DNA of 49,670 nucleotides from Vezdaea acicularis (taxonomy: Eukaryota): the NCBI GenBank assembly GCA_026025075.1, contig JAPEUI010000116.1, positions 1-49,670 on the forward strand. The letters run 5' to 3'. Below, one piece after another: positions 46,294 to 49,670 of the stretch (positions are counted from its first letter, which is position 1; the number at the start of each line of letters is the position of its first letter). The notes beneath the pieces are model-generated. The model worked only from the letters and a program-made list of their open reading frames with translations. It was not told the DNA's origin and searched no databases. The position numbers were made by a program, and so were the translations under genes.

Positions 46294-48215
46294 CCCCTCT
46301 CCGCCGTCCCGCACCTCCGCCCCTCACGGACGCCCATCGCCGGCCATCCAGCCACCGCCGAGAAATCCTTTTTCCCCAGACGCCGGCGAGGGGGCGACGG
46401 GCATGTCGCTCCTGTGCGACAGCCGAAGCGGCTACCCGCGGGGGCCCACGGGGAAGCTGCAGCATCAACGCTCGGCCGGCGGGGCAGAGCGCGTGGCGGC
46501 GCGGCCATTGCTTCATCTCCCCATCCCTCTCCATCTTTTCTCTGCCCCTTTGCGAAGTGCGGCCGGGCCGGAACGTGCGCGCGCGCGAGAAAAGAAATGA
46601 GAAAGCGAGTGAGGGAAACACGAGGGAGAGCGGCGGGGTGGGGCAGGTCTTCGCGAGGCCGCCCTCGTCAATTCTTACGGCTTTCGCCGCGACGTCGCTG
46701 CTCGCCGGCCCCAATGGCCCCTCCCAACCGTTTCATGCGCTCTGCACCTGCGTGGATCCAGCTCGGCCACATCACGGTGCAGCGGCGGGCGAGACGGCGA
46801 GAGGACGCTCTCATCCCATTGCACCTTCACCGGAACCATCCTCTGGCCTCGCCGAGCCAGGTGAGATTTTTTTTTTCACCTCTTTCACGAGGAAATGCGC
46901 CTGTCGATCTTTCGTCGTCCAGCATCGCGGTCTCGCTCCGTCTCGCGGCCTGCTCGTTTGCCACTGGTGGGGGATGCATGATTTGCACCGGCCTTCCACG
47001 CTACGGCGAGTCATGCCAAATTCGCCCAAGCCACAACCCGACTCGACACGCGTTGGACGTCCGACAGCAGCGACGGATCGAGCATCGCAGACGACGATTG
47101 GTGAGACGACAGACGAGCGTCCTCACGCGTTGCTCGATGGGGCCTTCAAGGCTTCAACGATGGACCCCCCTTCTAAGCTGTCCCAGACGCTGGTCCACAT
47201 CGTGATGATGATTTGCGTCGCGGACCGGCGCGCCAGGCCTCTGCATGGATAGCTTCTGTTTGCAAAAGTCCCCCTACGCTCCGTTCCAATCCACCAGCCT
47301 GCACCATGCAACTAACAGCCAGCTATCGTCATAGTGGCCAGCGTCCAGTGGGGGGGGATCACGGCCGATCAAGTAGGGGTCAGATATCGACCATGTGAAA
47401 GTCGAGGGCCCTCCGCTCATGCGAATCTCATACGGCATCATCGCCGAATCGATCAAATCCGCATCGTGGGCGATGTGAGAAAACGATGCCAGGAACGAGC
47501 TGCACGCTGAAGTCGGACCCAGACTTGACGCCGACACCTGTCCTATCAGCGTGTCCACGCCTCGGGGCGAGCGGCGAAGCGAGCGAAGCGAGAATTGAAT
47601 GTGTGTTCACATGCAAATGCCAAGAGTTCGCGGCTTCGGGCACGTGACAGCCCCTTTCCTCGCTCCAATGCGTGCCAAACAACAGCCCAGCAATCAAATG
47701 TAGATATGAAAGAAGATCTTGGATGCATGCAGAAGCGTAAGCTAACGACGGCTGTGGTATCTACGGAGTGTACGTGACATGTGAGAGTCTCTGTATTCTT
47801 CTCGCAGGAGCGACGTGATGATTCGCCAATGGCCAAATGGCGGGGCACGTCTCGCGCCATCACCCGGCCAACCGATCAGAAATCCTGTCACCAATCAAGG
47901 GCTGGCCGTCTCGGACTGGATCAACGGACGGCCACCGCGGCGACCGGCAGAAGATCAGAAGGCATTCAACCCTACGGAAAATTCAAGACAAGTCCAGGCT
48001 TTTGGTCAAAACCTCGGGTCTCCATACACAGACCACCTCTTATTTTCCCTGACCATACGACTCCCCCACTATCGGTGTTTGAGCGTTGCTGCCATCAACA
48101 CATCTTCCGTTGTTTCTTGGGCACAGTCAACTATCCGATGCGCCGGTGATCTCGCGCTCCGCAGCGTTGTGCTGCTTCATACCACTTACCCCAACACATC
48201 TCGCACAGAGCCGCG

Positions 48216-49670
48216 ATGAAGATCAGGCGCAACCGCATCTTTTGGACGACGGCCTCCATCCTGCTGTCTCGGGCAACCGCAGATCTACCCTACAATCCCG
48301 CGAGCGCCTACTTGCCCCCGAACAGCGCGGATGGTCCGGTATACGCCTTTCTACCAACTTCTGGCAGCGCCGCAGCGTTTGAACTCGCGTCTCTGAACAT
48401 CTCGTCGACGGTCCCTTCATCGAGTCTGCCCTATACAACGCTGTCCTCATCACTACCATTCCTGGATGGGGTTGATGGCACGGCATTCACGACTGCTATG
48501 GATGAGGAAGGGAGCTTACTCGTATATGCTGGATCATGTGCGACGGGGAGCGCTGGGTCTAATGTTTGGGTCTATAATACATCAAAAGCAAACGGGAAAG
48601 ACAGCTGGACAAAGAGAGATGTGATAGCCGGGAGCTCCGTACCTACGAGTAGACTGAGTGGCGCAAACTATCTGTCCTCCGGGATAGCCTTCTCGTCGGA
48701 TGGTAGCAGCCTGGACACGACATTCTATGTCTTTGGCGGGATGTGCCCGACGACCGCTACGGCCGGTTCCACATGGACCGTGGCCGCGAACTACTCGAAC
48801 AACATGCTTTCGCTCGCACCTCCGCCACAGCCCGCTGGACCGTATGATCTCGAGATTCTGAGCAGTCGAGGCCCTCCAATCGCAGAAGCTGGGTTCACAA
48901 TCACGGGGCTGCAACCAACGTTTACAAATGCAACAGGAGCAGAGCAGAACCGACAACAAAACTTTGTTCTCCTGGGAGGTCACACGCAAAATGCTTTCAT
49001 CAACATGTCCCAGGTGGCACTATTCTCTCTCCCTGAACAGACGTGGTCATTCATCGGGGTCGACTCGCCAGACGTGCCCAAGTCTGGCCTGAGCCGTCGA
49101 TCCAGTGCCATCATCGACTCGCGCTCAGGCCACAGCGCCGTGCTCACTCCCGACGGCAAGAAGATCATCGTCTTTGGCGGCTGGGTAGGGGATATTACCA
49201 CCGCCGCCAGCCCGCAACTCCTGGTTCTGAATCTGGGCACCGGCTATGGCGGTACCGGCGACTGGGCATGGAGCATCCCTGAGCAGACCGGCACCGGCCT
49301 TCCGTCAGGGACCGGCATCTACGGCCACGCAGCGGTGATGCTCCCCGGTGGAGTCATGATGGTCACAAGTGGATACAGCATCCCGACCTCCAATGCCAAA
49401 GCGAAACGCTCGGGCTCTTCCCCCAGCTCCACGACCTACTTCTTCAACACCACCTCCAACACCTGGCTACCGCACTACACGAACCCCTCCTCCCTCACTC
49501 ACCCTCCTCATTCCACCCCCGAACAAGTTCCCCAAACAGGCCTCTCATCATCTTCCAAGCGCGCAGCCCTCGCCTCCGGCATCTCCCTCGGCCTGCTCGC
49601 CCTGATCGCCGCCTGCCTCGTAGGCGTATGGTACTCGCGCCGCCTCCGCGCCCGCCGCGACGCCCGCGAG
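48216..49670 (+). CDS. signal peptide + kelch/galactose-oxidase-like beta-propeller + transmembrane helix protein; 3' end lies beyond the window
   Basis: 485 open codons to the window edge (absent from the ORF track because no stop): MKIRRNRIFWTTASILLSRATA-DLPYNP..., FYVFGGMCP, FVLLGGHT, SRSGHSAVLTPDGKKIIVFGGW, IYGHAAVMLPGGVMMV, TM ALASGISLGLLALIAACLVGVWY followed by SRRLRARR. Confidence 0.88.
   Translation, partial: MKIRRNRIFWTTASILLSRATADLPYNPASAYLPPNSADGPVYAFLPTSGSAAAFELASLNISSTVPSSSLPYTTLSSSLPFLDGVDGTAFTTAMDEEGSLLVYAGSCATGSAGSNVWVYNTSKANGKDSWTKRDVIAGSSVPTSRLSGANYLSSGIAFSSDGSSLDTTFYVFGGMCPTTATAGSTWTVAANYSNNMLSLAPPPQPAGPYDLEILSSRGPPIAEAGFTITGLQPTFTNATGAEQNRQQNFVLLGGHTQNAFINMSQVALFSLPEQTWSFIGVDSPDVPKSGLSRRSSAIIDSRSGHSAVLTPDGKKIIVFGGWVGDITTAASPQLLVLNLGTGYGGTGDWAWSIPEQTGTGLPSGTGIYGHAAVMLPGGVMMVTSGYSIPTSNAKAKRSGSSPSSTTYFFNTTSNTWLPHYTNPSSLTHPPHSTPEQVPQTGLSSSSKRAALASGISLGLLALIAACLVGVWYSRRLRARRDARE

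Noticed and set aside
43823..48149. Long ORFs (270-394 aa) in the kinase/kelch spacer
   Set aside because: About 65-70% GC makes stops scarce; ORFs are open on both strands at once, Arg/Pro/Ala-rich, run through (TC)13, and show no domain.
1..49670. tRNA, 5S rRNA, snRNA, transposase/RT fragments, secondary-metabolite cluster, CRISPR
   Set aside because: GTTCGA hits lack cloverleaf context; no diagnostic motifs, terminal repeats or repeat-spacer arrays seen; the genes are unrelated housekeeping and signalling functions.

Overview
Eukaryotic window from a filamentous ascomycete (Pezizomycotina-type short GT-AG introns of about 50 nt with CTRAY branch points). No prokaryotic features, tRNA/rRNA, CRISPR or intact transposon were seen. 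A compact, intron-rich central block (about 4-36 kb, roughly 42-50% GC in sampled lines) carries an orphan Cys-rich gene, VPS29, mitoribosomal uL3m, CCDC25/DUF814, ATX1, crzA/CRZ1, ILV6, a KHDC4/BLOM7-like KH protein, a small RecQ helicase, a PPR protein, mitoribosomal mS23, SOG2, a Set7-like SET protein, TRAPPC13 and a DENN-C1 protein. GC-rich, microsatellite-rich flanks (1-1.6 kb and about 36.5-49.7 kb) carry a CaMKK/Sak1/Ssp1-like kinase and a signal-peptide/kelch/transmembrane gene that runs off the window. Most striking observations: (1) the CCDC25 gene can only encode its conserved [10 protein letters not shown] motif through a ONE-nucleotide exon (G at 10571) between two complete introns; (2) a stop-2nt-start relay of two uORFs directly in front of the kinase ATG; (3) a perfect palindrome of two Crz1-type sites upstream of crzA, plus a 655-nt AUG-free leader; (4) a two-exon orphan gene with a CxxC-x18-CxxC zinc-ribbon-like C-terminus that the ORF track misses. 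All gene models were spliced by hand from the sequence; family assignments rest on recognised motifs, not database searches.
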